Assembly (NCBI GenBank): GCA_037444305.1 | Contig: JBBIMP010000023.1 | Location: 2,798-66,797 of the forward strand | Source: Acidobacteriota bacterium | GTDB lineage: Bacteria > Acidobacteriota > UBA6911 | Direction of reading: 5' to 3' | Length of the DNA stretch: 64,000 nt | Shown here: positions 28,991 through 36,362 of the stretch, piece by piece | Layout: every line of letters begins with the position of its first letter | Position numbering within the stretch: position 1 is the first letter of the stretch | The notes under the pieces: generated by a model | The model's input: the letters and a program-made list of their open reading frames with translations, nothing else | Database searches by the model: none | What the model was told of the DNA's origin: nothing | Translations under genes and position numbers: made by a program

Positions 28991-29743
28991 ATGCCGGTAC
29001 GGAACATCATTCACATCGACGAGGAAAAGTGCGACGGCTGCGGATTGTGCGTCCCCTCCTGCGCGGAAGGCGCCATCCAGATCGTCAACGGCAAGGCAAA
29101 ACTCGTGAACGAGGTGTATTGCGACGGCCTGGGCGCCTGCCTCGGCGAGTGCCCGCAGGATGCCATCCGCATGGAGCAGAGGCGGGCGCCGGAGTTCGAT
29201 CCGCACGCGGTCGAGGCGCATCTCGCCGCGCTGTCGGCCAAACAGGCGCCGGCTCCTCCGAAACCGCTGTTTTCATCGCCTCATCCCGCCGGCTGCCCCG
29301 GTTCGATGTCGCAGGTGTTGCAGCCCACGGCAAACCCTTGCGCGGCCCCGGCGGCGACGGCGCAGCCGCCCTCGAGGCTCGGCAACTGGCCGCTGCAGTT
29401 GCACCTGGTGCCGGTGCAGGCCCCGTTCTATGAGAATGCGGATCTGCTCATCGCGGCCGACTGCGCCCCGTTCGCCTACGCGGGTTTCCACGACGAGTTC
29501 ATCAAGGGAAAGACGGTGATGATCGGCTGCCCGAAGCTGGATGACGCCGGCGCCTACGTGGAAAAGCTGACGCAGATTTTCGCCGGCAACAGCATAAGAT
29601 CGGTCGAGATTGCCTTCATGGAAGTGCCCTGCTGTTTCGGGCTGGTCCGGCTGGTGCAGGAGGCAGTCGCCGGTTCGGGGAAGAGCATCCCGGTGAATCT
29701 GGCCAAGCTCGGCATCCGCGGCGGCATCGCGCAGCGCGGGTAG
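28991..29743 (+). CDS. 4Fe-4S dicluster-domain protein with a Cys-containing C-terminal domain of unknown function
   Basis: CDGCGLCVPSC and CDGLGACLGECP cluster motifs. The RBS AAAGGAG precedes the ATG at 28991, inside ORF 28952..29743. Confidence 0.65.
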   Translation: MPVRNIIHIDEEKCDGCGLCVPSCAEGAIQIVNGKAKLVNEVYCDGLGACLGECPQDAIRMEQRRAPEFDPHAVEAHLAALSAKQAPAPPKPLFSSPHPAGCPGSMSQVLQPTANPCAAPAATAQPPSRLGNWPLQLHLVPVQAPFYENADLLIAADCAPFAYAGFHDEFIKGKTVMIGCPKLDDAGAYVEKLTQIFAGNSIRSVEIAFMEVPCCFGLVRLVQEAVAGSGKSIPVNLAKLGIRGGIAQRG

Positions 29744-29854
29744 TCGCTTTTCCTTGCGTCCATTCCGTTCATGCGCACCCGGAATTCTCTGCGGGTGTAT
29801 TGAATGGGCCCAAAGTTTGTCTCGGCACATGCCACGATAACCGCGCGGATGAGA

Positions 29855-31894
29855 TCACTGCCTGCGGGCGAACGAATCCTGCGGCAGGCGGAGGCTCTCG
29901 AGCGTCAGCGTCGCGATATCCACCACCCGGATCCGCTCATCCAGATCGCGCAGTTTGACCGAATCCTCCAGCATCTGCTTGCAGTAGGCACACGAGGTGA
30001 CAATCGTGTCCGCCCCCTGTGCCTGCGCCTGGTCCACCCTGAGGTTGTTGATCCTCTCCCCGGCCTTCAGGTCCATCCAGAAATGTCCGCCGCCGCCGCC
30101 GCAGCACAGGCTCCGGGACCGGGCGTTCTTCATCTCCGCCACGTTCACGCCGGGAATGGCCCGGAGCACCTCCCTCGGGCTGTCGTAGATCTTCTGAAAG
30201 CGCCCCAGGTAGCACGGATCGTGATACACCGCCTTCTGCGCCGGCAGACCGACCGGCCGCAGGTGATCGCTCCAGAGCATCTCGTGCAGGTACTCCGTGT
30301 GGTGCACCACGCGGTAGTTTCCGCCGAATTGCGGGTATTCATGCGCCAGGACGTTGAAACAGTGCGGGCAGGCGGTCAGGAGCACCTGGAAACGGCGGCG
30401 GTTGAGCAGTTCGATCTGGCTCCTGGCCACTTCCTGAAACAGCGACTCGTCCCCCAGCAGCCGCGCAGGATCCCCGCAGCATCGCTCGTCCGCCCCGAGT
30501 ACGCCGAAGCGGATCCCGGTGGCCTGCAGCAGGCGGCAGAGGTCCTGGGCAATCTGCTGCTTCGTGGGATCGAACGTGGTGCAGCAGCCGATCCACAGCA
30601 GCACATCGATCGACTCCCCCTCGCCGATGACCGGGATCCCCATTTTTTCGATCCACGCCATGCGCTCCCCTTGCGGCCCGAAGGGATTGCCGAGCTGGCC
30701 GAGCATCTTCAGCATGCGGGCGGCATCGACCGGAACCGAGCCTCCCATCATGGTCTGGTGCCGGCGCAGGTCGACGACCGTGTCGAGGTGCTCGACCCGC
30801 GCCGGACAGACCTCCTGGCAGGCGCCGCAGGTGCGACAGTACCAGATCAGGTCGCCGTCGATGGCGCCGCCCACGACCTGACGGGGCGCGCCGGCGCCAT
30901 TCCCGTTCCCCCTTCCGGCTTCGCTGCGCACGAAGGCCTTCAGCTCGGAGATCAGCGCGCGCGGCGAGAGCGGCTGCCTCGCCTGCCGCGAAGGGCAGAC
31001 GTCGTCGCAGCGGCCGCACTCGACGCACCCGTCGAAGCCCAGCCTTTCCCGCCAGGTGAAGTCGGCTGCGGTGGCGATGCCGATCTGCAGCGCCGCTTCG
31101 TCGATGTCCTCCGCCGCCATAAGCGCGGCTACATCCGGCCGCGCGAGGCTGCCCCAGGCCTCGGTCTTCTGCAGTGCCACGTTGGCCGGGATCAGCACCA
31201 TGTGCAGCAGCTTGGTGTAGGGGATCAAGGCGATGAAGCCGAGCGCCATGACGCAGTGGGTCCACCAGACAAAGGCGTGAAGCGCGCGCCCGGCGTCTGC
31301 CCCCAAACCTGAAAACAAAAGCGAAAAGGCAGAGCCCACCGGGGACCACGCTGCCCACGGATCGCCAGCCACCCTGATGCGGAGCCCTTCGACCAGGAAT
31401 CCGCTCAGGAGAATCCCCGCGAGCAGCGCCAGCACCAGGTGATCCGCCGCGCGCGTGGGTAGCGTCGCCGGCCGGGCGATCGTGCGGCGGTAGAGGGCGA
31501 TGCCGATCCCCACCAGCGCCAGCAATCCCGCGATATCGGCCGCGAGCGAAAACACCAGGTAAAGGGTGCCCCGGAAGAGCGACGTGCCCAGGTCCATGTC
31601 CAACATCACCAGCAGCGTCGTCAGGAACATCACCGCAAAGGCATAGAAGATGAGACCGTGAAACAGCGCCGGCAGGCGCTCGCGCCCGACTCCCCGCTGC
31701 AGCAGAATCTCCTTGAGCATTGCCATGAGGCGCGCGCCGGGAGCCGACGTGCGATCTACGGGACGGCCGATCTGCCACTGCCTGTATCTCCGCCGGATCC
31801 CGAGGCCGAACACCACCGCGGTCGCGCCCAGCAGCGCGTACATGATCCAGATGAAGCTGACGTTCCAGCCGAGTTCTCGATGGGCTTCCACCAT
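29855..31894 (-). CDS. Fused NarI-like dihaem cytochrome b membrane domain plus HdrD-like Fe-S/CCG-domain oxidoreductase (DsrMK/HdrED-type)
   Basis: An N-terminal ~300 aa with five or more TM helices and conserved His residues. Then CVECGRCDDVCP and CRTCGACQEVCP (two 4Fe-4S sites). Then two CCG modules (WIGCCTTFDP ... CPHCFN and CCGGGGGHFW ... CAYCKQ). I take the ATG at ~31894 inside ORF 29855..31975. Confidence 0.7.
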   Translation of the reverse strand: MVEAHRELGWNVSFIWIMYALLGATAVVFGLGIRRRYRQWQIGRPVDRTSAPGARLMAMLKEILLQRGVGRERLPALFHGLIFYAFAVMFLTTLLVMLDMDLGTSLFRGTLYLVFSLAADIAGLLALVGIGIALYRRTIARPATLPTRAADHLVLALLAGILLSGFLVEGLRIRVAGDPWAAWSPVGSAFSLLFSGLGADAGRALHAFVWWTHCVMALGFIALIPYTKLLHMVLIPANVALQKTEAWGSLARPDVAALMAAEDIDEAALQIGIATAADFTWRERLGFDGCVECGRCDDVCPSRQARQPLSPRALISELKAFVRSEAGRGNGNGAGAPRQVVGGAIDGDLIWYCRTCGACQEVCPARVEHLDTVVDLRRHQTMMGGSVPVDAARMLKMLGQLGNPFGPQGERMAWIEKMGIPVIGEGESIDVLLWIGCCTTFDPTKQQIAQDLCRLLQATGIRFGVLGADERCCGDPARLLGDESLFQEVARSQIELLNRRRFQVLLTACPHCFNVLAHEYPQFGGNYRVVHHTEYLHEMLWSDHLRPVGLPAQKAVYHDPCYLGRFQKIYDSPREVLRAIPGVNVAEMKNARSRSLCCGGGGGHFWMDLKAGERINNLRVDQAQAQGADTIVTSCAYCKQMLEDSVKLRDLDERIRVVDIATLTLESLRLPQDSFARRQ

Positions 31895-31898
31895 GGGA

Positions 31899-32393
31899 TT
31901 ACACTCCTGTCGAATGCCGTGCGGGCAGAGCGGCGGCCGGCAGCACGACCTGGGGCAACGGCTCGGCAAACACACTCACCGGCGCATCGGCCGGCACAGT
32001 CACCTCCCGGCCGTGCCCGACGCCGGAAGGCGTGCGCCGGTAGTGGCTGCGCACCTTCTGCGAGACAACATCCCAGAGTTCCGTCGCCGCCACCAGCTTT
32101 GCTCCGCGCAGGTCCAGAAGCGCCAACAGCGGCCGCAGCGCTGCCATGGACCTCGACAGGCAGCCGCATCGGTCGACCAGGAACGAGCTCCAGGGCCCCT
32201 CGAACCGCAGGGCCGCTCGCAGCCCCGTGCGGTCCATCAACGAACACTCCCGCGCCTCGTCCTCAAACCAGGCGATGATCTCGATTCCCTGCTGCCGGGC
32301 GTATTCCTCGATCCGGCGCCGCTGGTCGGCGCAGCACACCTCGCCGGATCCGGTGCAAGACGATATCGGGCTCACATATGCAATGGCCTTCAT
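31899..32393 (-). CDS. Small Cys-rich protein with a resolvase-N-terminal-like (flavodoxin-like) fold; paralog A1
   Basis: MKAIAYV ... VCCADQ ... LVDRCGCLSRS ... AATELWD. About 35-40% identical to the upstream paralog. Internal ATG at 32393 inside ORF 31899..32408. Confidence 0.5.
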   Translation of the reverse strand: MKAIAYVSPISSCTGSGEVCCADQRRRIEEYARQQGIEIIAWFEDEARECSLMDRTGLRAALRFEGPWSSFLVDRCGCLSRSMAALRPLLALLDLRGAKLVAATELWDVVSQKVRSHYRRTPSGVGHGREVTVPADAPVSVFAEPLPQVVLPAAALPARHSTGV

Positions 32394-32447
32394 GCCTCCT
32401 CCCTCCACGATGGTCAGGGGCGCGTTCCATCCGCGCCCCCGGCGGTT

Positions 32448-32927
32448 TCACAGGCCGGTCGGCTGCCGTACCAGAGCGGCGAAGTTGAGGCGGGCGGGCC
32501 GCTTCATTCCGATCCGATCCCGCACGGGCACGATCTGCGTGATCACGCAGGTCGGCGGCCGCAGCGCACCTTTGTGGAAGTGCCGCACCTGCTGCGAGAG
32601 GCAGTCCCACAGCTCGGTGGCCGACTGCAGCGCGACATTCTTTTCCTGCAACGCCTCCAGCAGCGGCCTCACCTCCGACAGGGACCTGCTGAAGCACCAG
32701 ATACGCTCCACCAGGATGAGGTCGTAGGAATCCGGGTGCGCCAGCATCGCCTTGACACCTGGACGCTCCACCACCGGCCCGTGGCAACCGTCATCTTCAA
32801 ACCGCGCCACGATCTCTATGCCGTGTGTCTTGGCGTACAGCTCAATCTGCTCGCGCTGCTCCTCGCAACAGATTTCGATATCGGTGTTGGGGATTCGAAT
32901 GCAGTTCACATAGGTGATGGCTTTCAT
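32448..32927 (-). CDS. Small Cys-rich protein with a resolvase-N-terminal-like (flavodoxin-like) fold; paralog A2
   Basis: MKAITYV ... ICCEEQ ... LVERIWCFSRS ... SATELWD. RBS AAGGAG 7 nt before the ATG at 32927 (inside ORF 32448..32972). Confidence 0.5.
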   Translation of the reverse strand: MKAITYVNCIRIPNTDIEICCEEQREQIELYAKTHGIEIVARFEDDGCHGPVVERPGVKAMLAHPDSYDLILVERIWCFSRSLSEVRPLLEALQEKNVALQSATELWDCLSQQVRHFHKGALRPPTCVITQIVPVRDRIGMKRPARLNFAALVRQPTGL

Positions 32928-32967
32928 CTTCTGTCTCCTTTTAGGGCTCGGTCCCCTCGCCTGCAAT

Positions 32968-32983
32968 AGCACGCTCCGTGCCA
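32968..32983 (-). promoter_or_regulatory. Candidate sigma-54 (-24/-12) promoter: TGGCACGGAGCGTGCT
   Basis: On the minus strand, the GG and GC elements have exactly the consensus spacing. It lies ~40 nt upstream of the A2 ATG and immediately downstream of a GAFTGA-type bEBP gene. Confidence 0.45.
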
Positions 32984-33312
32984 GGCCCCGGGCCGCAAGC
33001 TATCACTATGTTTTCAAATGGTTTATGACCGATCGATCCGCGGACAGGCCGTTGCGTCCCATGGCGTGAGTGTAAGAAAACCTTGCGGCGAGCCGGACAA
33101 AAGGGCCGAACCGAGGACGCAAATCACTATTAATGAATGGTATGCAGGCAGCAGCGGCCCGCTGTAAGGATTTCTTGCATCGTATTCGGCGCTGCGGGAA
33201 TGGCGCGCCAGAAACAAAAGAAATGCAATGATTTGCAGTCCCGGATAGTCCCGCGCAAATAAAACTATCGCCTCTGCGGGATCCGGCAGCAGGATCCCCG
33301 GCGCCTGCACTA

Positions 33313-34677
33313 TCAGTCGAGGCCGTGTTTTTTCAGCTTGCTGTGCAGGCCGACGCGGGAGCAGCCGAGTATTCTCGCGGCGGCGGTGCGGTTGCCGGAG
33401 GTGTGGTCCAGAACCCGGATAATGTGCTCGCGCTCCAGTTCCGAGAGCGTCTTGAACCCATGGGCGCCGGCGGGAAGACGGGAACCGTTCAGCCCGGCAG
33501 TGACCGCCGGGGGGAGCGACCTCCGGGTGAGCGCACGCTTTTTTTCGAGCACAACGGCGGAGGCGATGATGTTCTCCAGTTCCCGGACGTTTCCCGGATA
33601 GTCGTAACGCTCCAGGATCTCGAGCACGTCGTCTTCTATGTATTCGATCCGCCTGTCGTTCCTCCGGCAGTGCCGGTCGAGGAAGAAATAGGCCAGCAGG
33701 TCCACATCCCCCTTCCGCTCCCTGAGCGGCGGGAGGTGGATGGAACTGATGTTGAGCCGGTAATAAAGGTCGAGGCGAAATCCGCCCGCCTCGATCATCG
33801 CCGGCAGGTCCCGGTTGGTAGTGGCGATGACCCTCACGTCCACGCCCCGCCGCTGCGTCGATCCCACGTGAAAGAACTCCCCCTCCTGCAGAACCCGCAG
33901 GAGCTTTGCTTGGTTGACCGCCTCCAGGTCGCCGATCTCGTCCAAGAAGAGCGTGCCGCCATCCGCTTCCTCGAAGAAGCCGGTTTTCTGCCGGTGGGCG
34001 CCCGTGAACGCGCCCCTCTCGTGGCCGAAGAACTCGGAGGCGAACAGGTCGGCCGCGTGCTCCGCCATATTGACCGCAATGAAGGGCCCGGCAGCGCGAG
34101 GACTGGCGCGGTGGATGGCGTGCGCCACCAGCTCCTTTCCGGTTCCGCTCTCCCCCTGGATGAGAACGTTGTTGCCGCTCCGCGCGATCTGCTCCAGCCT
34201 TCCGAGGATGCGAAGCAGGGCCGGATCGCGCGTGACGATTCCGTGGAAGCCGGCCTCGTGTCTCAGCTTTTCCTGGGCAATCTCCCCCCGCAGCCGGGAG
34301 ACCTGGCCGCGGAGACGGCTGTGCTCCAATGCGCGTTCCATGGAGGTCAGGAGCCGGTTTTTGTCCACGGGCTTGCAGATGTAGTCGTAGGCTCCCAGCT
34401 TCATGGCATCGACCGCGAGCGAAACGTCCTCCACCCCGGTAATCACGATCACCCCCAGGTCATGTTTCTCGCGGACGTACCGGAGAATGTCCCGGCCCGT
34501 GACCGTGGGCATATCCATGTCCAGGAGGATCAGGTCGAAATCACCGCCGTCAATCACACTGAAGGCGCGGCTGCTGTCCTGGAGCGTCTCCACTTCGAAG
34601 CGGCCGTCCTGGGCGAAGAACACGAGGAAGTGGTTCAGGACGGCCTCGTTGTCGTCGATGATGAGGATGCGGTTCAC
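33313..34677 (-). CDS. Sigma-54-dependent response regulator (NtrC/AtoC family): REC, AAA+ and Fis-type HTH domains
   Basis: ILIIDDNE ... LLDMDMP (REC), GESGTGKE, GAFTGA, a C-terminal HTH (AAARILGCSRVGLHSKLKK). GTG start at 34677, overlapping the kinase stop (GTGA). Confidence 0.85.
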   Translation of the reverse strand: MNRILIIDDNEAVLNHFLVFFAQDGRFEVETLQDSSRAFSVIDGGDFDLILLDMDMPTVTGRDILRYVREKHDLGVIVITGVEDVSLAVDAMKLGAYDYICKPVDKNRLLTSMERALEHSRLRGQVSRLRGEIAQEKLRHEAGFHGIVTRDPALLRILGRLEQIARSGNNVLIQGESGTGKELVAHAIHRASPRAAGPFIAVNMAEHAADLFASEFFGHERGAFTGAHRQKTGFFEEADGGTLFLDEIGDLEAVNQAKLLRVLQEGEFFHVGSTQRRGVDVRVIATTNRDLPAMIEAGGFRLDLYYRLNISSIHLPPLRERKGDVDLLAYFFLDRHCRRNDRRIEYIEDDVLEILERYDYPGNVRELENIIASAVVLEKKRALTRRSLPPAVTAGLNGSRLPAGAHGFKTLSELEREHIIRVLDHTSGNRTAAARILGCSRVGLHSKLKKHGLD

Positions 34678-36140
34678 GTAGCCCTCCCGCCGATGGGGAA
34701 TATGTAACGAAAGGTCGCGCCCTTGCCCTGCGAGCTGTCCACCTCGATCCGGCCGCCGTGCTGTTGCACGATGCCGTAGGTGATCGACAGGCCCAGCCCT
34801 GTCCCGCCCGCGCGTTGCCGGGTCGTGAAAAACGGATCGAAAAGCCGGGCCTGAGCCGCTTCGTCGATTCCCGGGCCGTTGTCCTTGATGGCCACCCACA
34901 CCTTGGGCGGAAAGGTGACAGCGCGCGTCGTGATCTCGATGGCCGGGTCGGGGGAGCCGGCGAGCGCGTCCGCGGCATTGATCAGCGTGTTCACGATGAC
35001 CTGGCCGATGCGGTTGGCGCTCCCCTTGAAGGTCGGCAGCCGTGGATCCAGGTCTTCGACGACGCGGAAGTGCTTGATGCGGTTGTGCACTAGGCGCCTC
35101 GACGATTCGATCACAGCGTTGAGGTCGACATCGTCCTCCAGCAACCCTTCGTCCCGCCGGGCGAAGATCCTGAGATCGCGGACGATGTCGCGGATGCGCG
35201 TCACGCCGTCGACCATATCGTCCAGCAGCGCCGGGGCGTGCTTGCGGAAGAAAGGATACTTCAGCCGCGCGACCGTCAGCTCCGGGTTGCGCCCGGCCTC
35301 TTCGTCCAGCAGCGGAAGGATGTCGTCGAAGCTCTCGCGCACTATCTGCATGTTGCCGCCGATGAACTGCACCGGGTTGTTGATCTCGTGCGCTATGCCG
35401 GAGACGAGCTGCCCGAGCGAGGCCAGCTTCTCCGACTGGATGAGCTGGCTCTGCTGGTTGAGCAGCTCGTCGTTGGCGCGGCGCAGCTCGTGGGACTTGG
35501 CATCGAGCAGGTCCCAGGCTTCCACCAGCTCCTGCTCGCGCCTGCGCAGGCTGGTGACGATCGAGGTTGTGATCCAGATGGTGACGAACAAGGTGACGAA
35601 AAAGACCAGGGCCACTGTCCCGATGAAGCGGACGTCCTGGTGCCGGGGAACCGGGTGGAGCGCACGCAGGTTCACGTGCGGGAGCACCTCGTGGTACTCC
35701 AGCAGGACAACCCCCATGAACATGCCGAACGCCACCAGGCCGAAGGCGTAGACCTCGGCCCGCGACAGCAGGATGCTGCTGATGATGGCGTGGAAGAGGT
35801 AGAAGAACAGAAGAGGATTTTCGATCCCCCCGGCGAAGTGGATGAGCAGGCTCAGGGCCAGCGTGTCCAGGTAGGTCTGCAGGATGGCCTCGGTTCGATT
35901 GGTGCCGGAACTCCTCCCTCCGCGGGCCTTCTGCCGCCGGTGCCCGAAGAAGAAAACCGTGTTGTAAAGGCCGATCACCGCGGCCACTGTGAGTGTGCCC
36001 GCGCGGGAGAAACTCACCCCCAGGAGATCGTGAGCGAAGAAGATCGAGGCTGCCAAGCCGGCCAGGAAGACCCAGCGGATGTTGACGAACCACCAGAGGC
36101 GGAATTTGAGTTCTTCTTCTCTGAGCGATCGACTCGACAT
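34674..36140 (-). CDS. Sensor histidine kinase with a multi-TM N-terminal sensor domain
   Basis: HisKA (SGIAHEINNP) and HATPase_c (DNGPGID ... GTGLGLSI). The start is at 36140 or at 36176. Confidence 0.8.
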   Translation of the reverse strand: MSSRSLREEELKFRLWWFVNIRWVFLAGLAASIFFAHDLLGVSFSRAGTLTVAAVIGLYNTVFFFGHRRQKARGGRSSGTNRTEAILQTYLDTLALSLLIHFAGGIENPLLFFYLFHAIISSILLSRAEVYAFGLVAFGMFMGVVLLEYHEVLPHVNLRALHPVPRHQDVRFIGTVALVFFVTLFVTIWITTSIVTSLRRREQELVEAWDLLDAKSHELRRANDELLNQQSQLIQSEKLASLGQLVSGIAHEINNPVQFIGGNMQIVRESFDDILPLLDEEAGRNPELTVARLKYPFFRKHAPALLDDMVDGVTRIRDIVRDLRIFARRDEGLLEDDVDLNAVIESSRRLVHNRIKHFRVVEDLDPRLPTFKGSANRIGQVIVNTLINAADALAGSPDPAIEITTRAVTFPPKVWVAIKDNGPGIDEAAQARLFDPFFTTRQRAGGTGLGLSITYGIVQQHGGRIEVDSSQGKGATFRYIFPIGGRAT

Positions 36141-36362
36141 GCAAGCTCCGGACCGGCAGTCCTGCGCTGAGGGCAATGCGCCGCGAAAGCCTGGGAGCCG
36201 AGTCGCGGAGGGAGCGGAAACCCTCCTCTCGGTGCAACCAAGAGAATAGCACAGCTCGATGAAAAGGGCATTTCGAAAGGCGGGGAGATCAGTCCTTCGA
36301 CGGGCTGGAATTGGGCGGTTTCTGCGTCCCGGGAAGGGGTCGCGGAGGCTTTTTCCCTGCCG

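Noticed and set aside
29804-31778. Long ORFs 29804..31312 (+), 30339..31778 (-) and 31713..32969 (+) overlapping the Hdr-like and A1/A2 genes
   Set aside because: These are shadow ORFs in other frames or on the opposite strand of genes with clear Fe-S/CCG motifs. They have no recognisable motifs and a biased Arg/Pro/Gly composition.
31899-32927. A1 and A2 as genuine site-specific serine recombinases or invertases (a mobile-element signal)
   Set aside because: Both lack the C-terminal HTH DNA-binding domain. The nucleophilic Ser position is Cys-Cys, and the conserved Arg of R-V-S is Glu. There are no inverted repeats, integrase or cargo genes around. They are more consistent with a domesticated recombinase-fold protein in a redox operon.
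33325-34707. 460-aa plus-strand ORF opposite the sigma-54 regulator. The same applies to 37908..39185 (-), 45749..47317 (+), 50596..51879 (+), 57028..58260 (+), 59733..61649 (-), 61739..62956 (+), 12417..13643 (+), 13850..15334 (-) and 8944..10194 (+)
   Set aside because: Every one is antisense to a gene with a strong family-specific motif set. High GC produces long stop-free antisense frames.
33313-36252. 979-aa single ORF spanning both the response regulator and the kinase region
   Set aside because: Only the C-terminal 454 aa (from the GTG at 34677) are protein-like. The upstream 525 codons are an out-of-frame read-through across the histidine-kinase gene, whose own frame (34674..36176) carries the HisKA and HATPase motifs.
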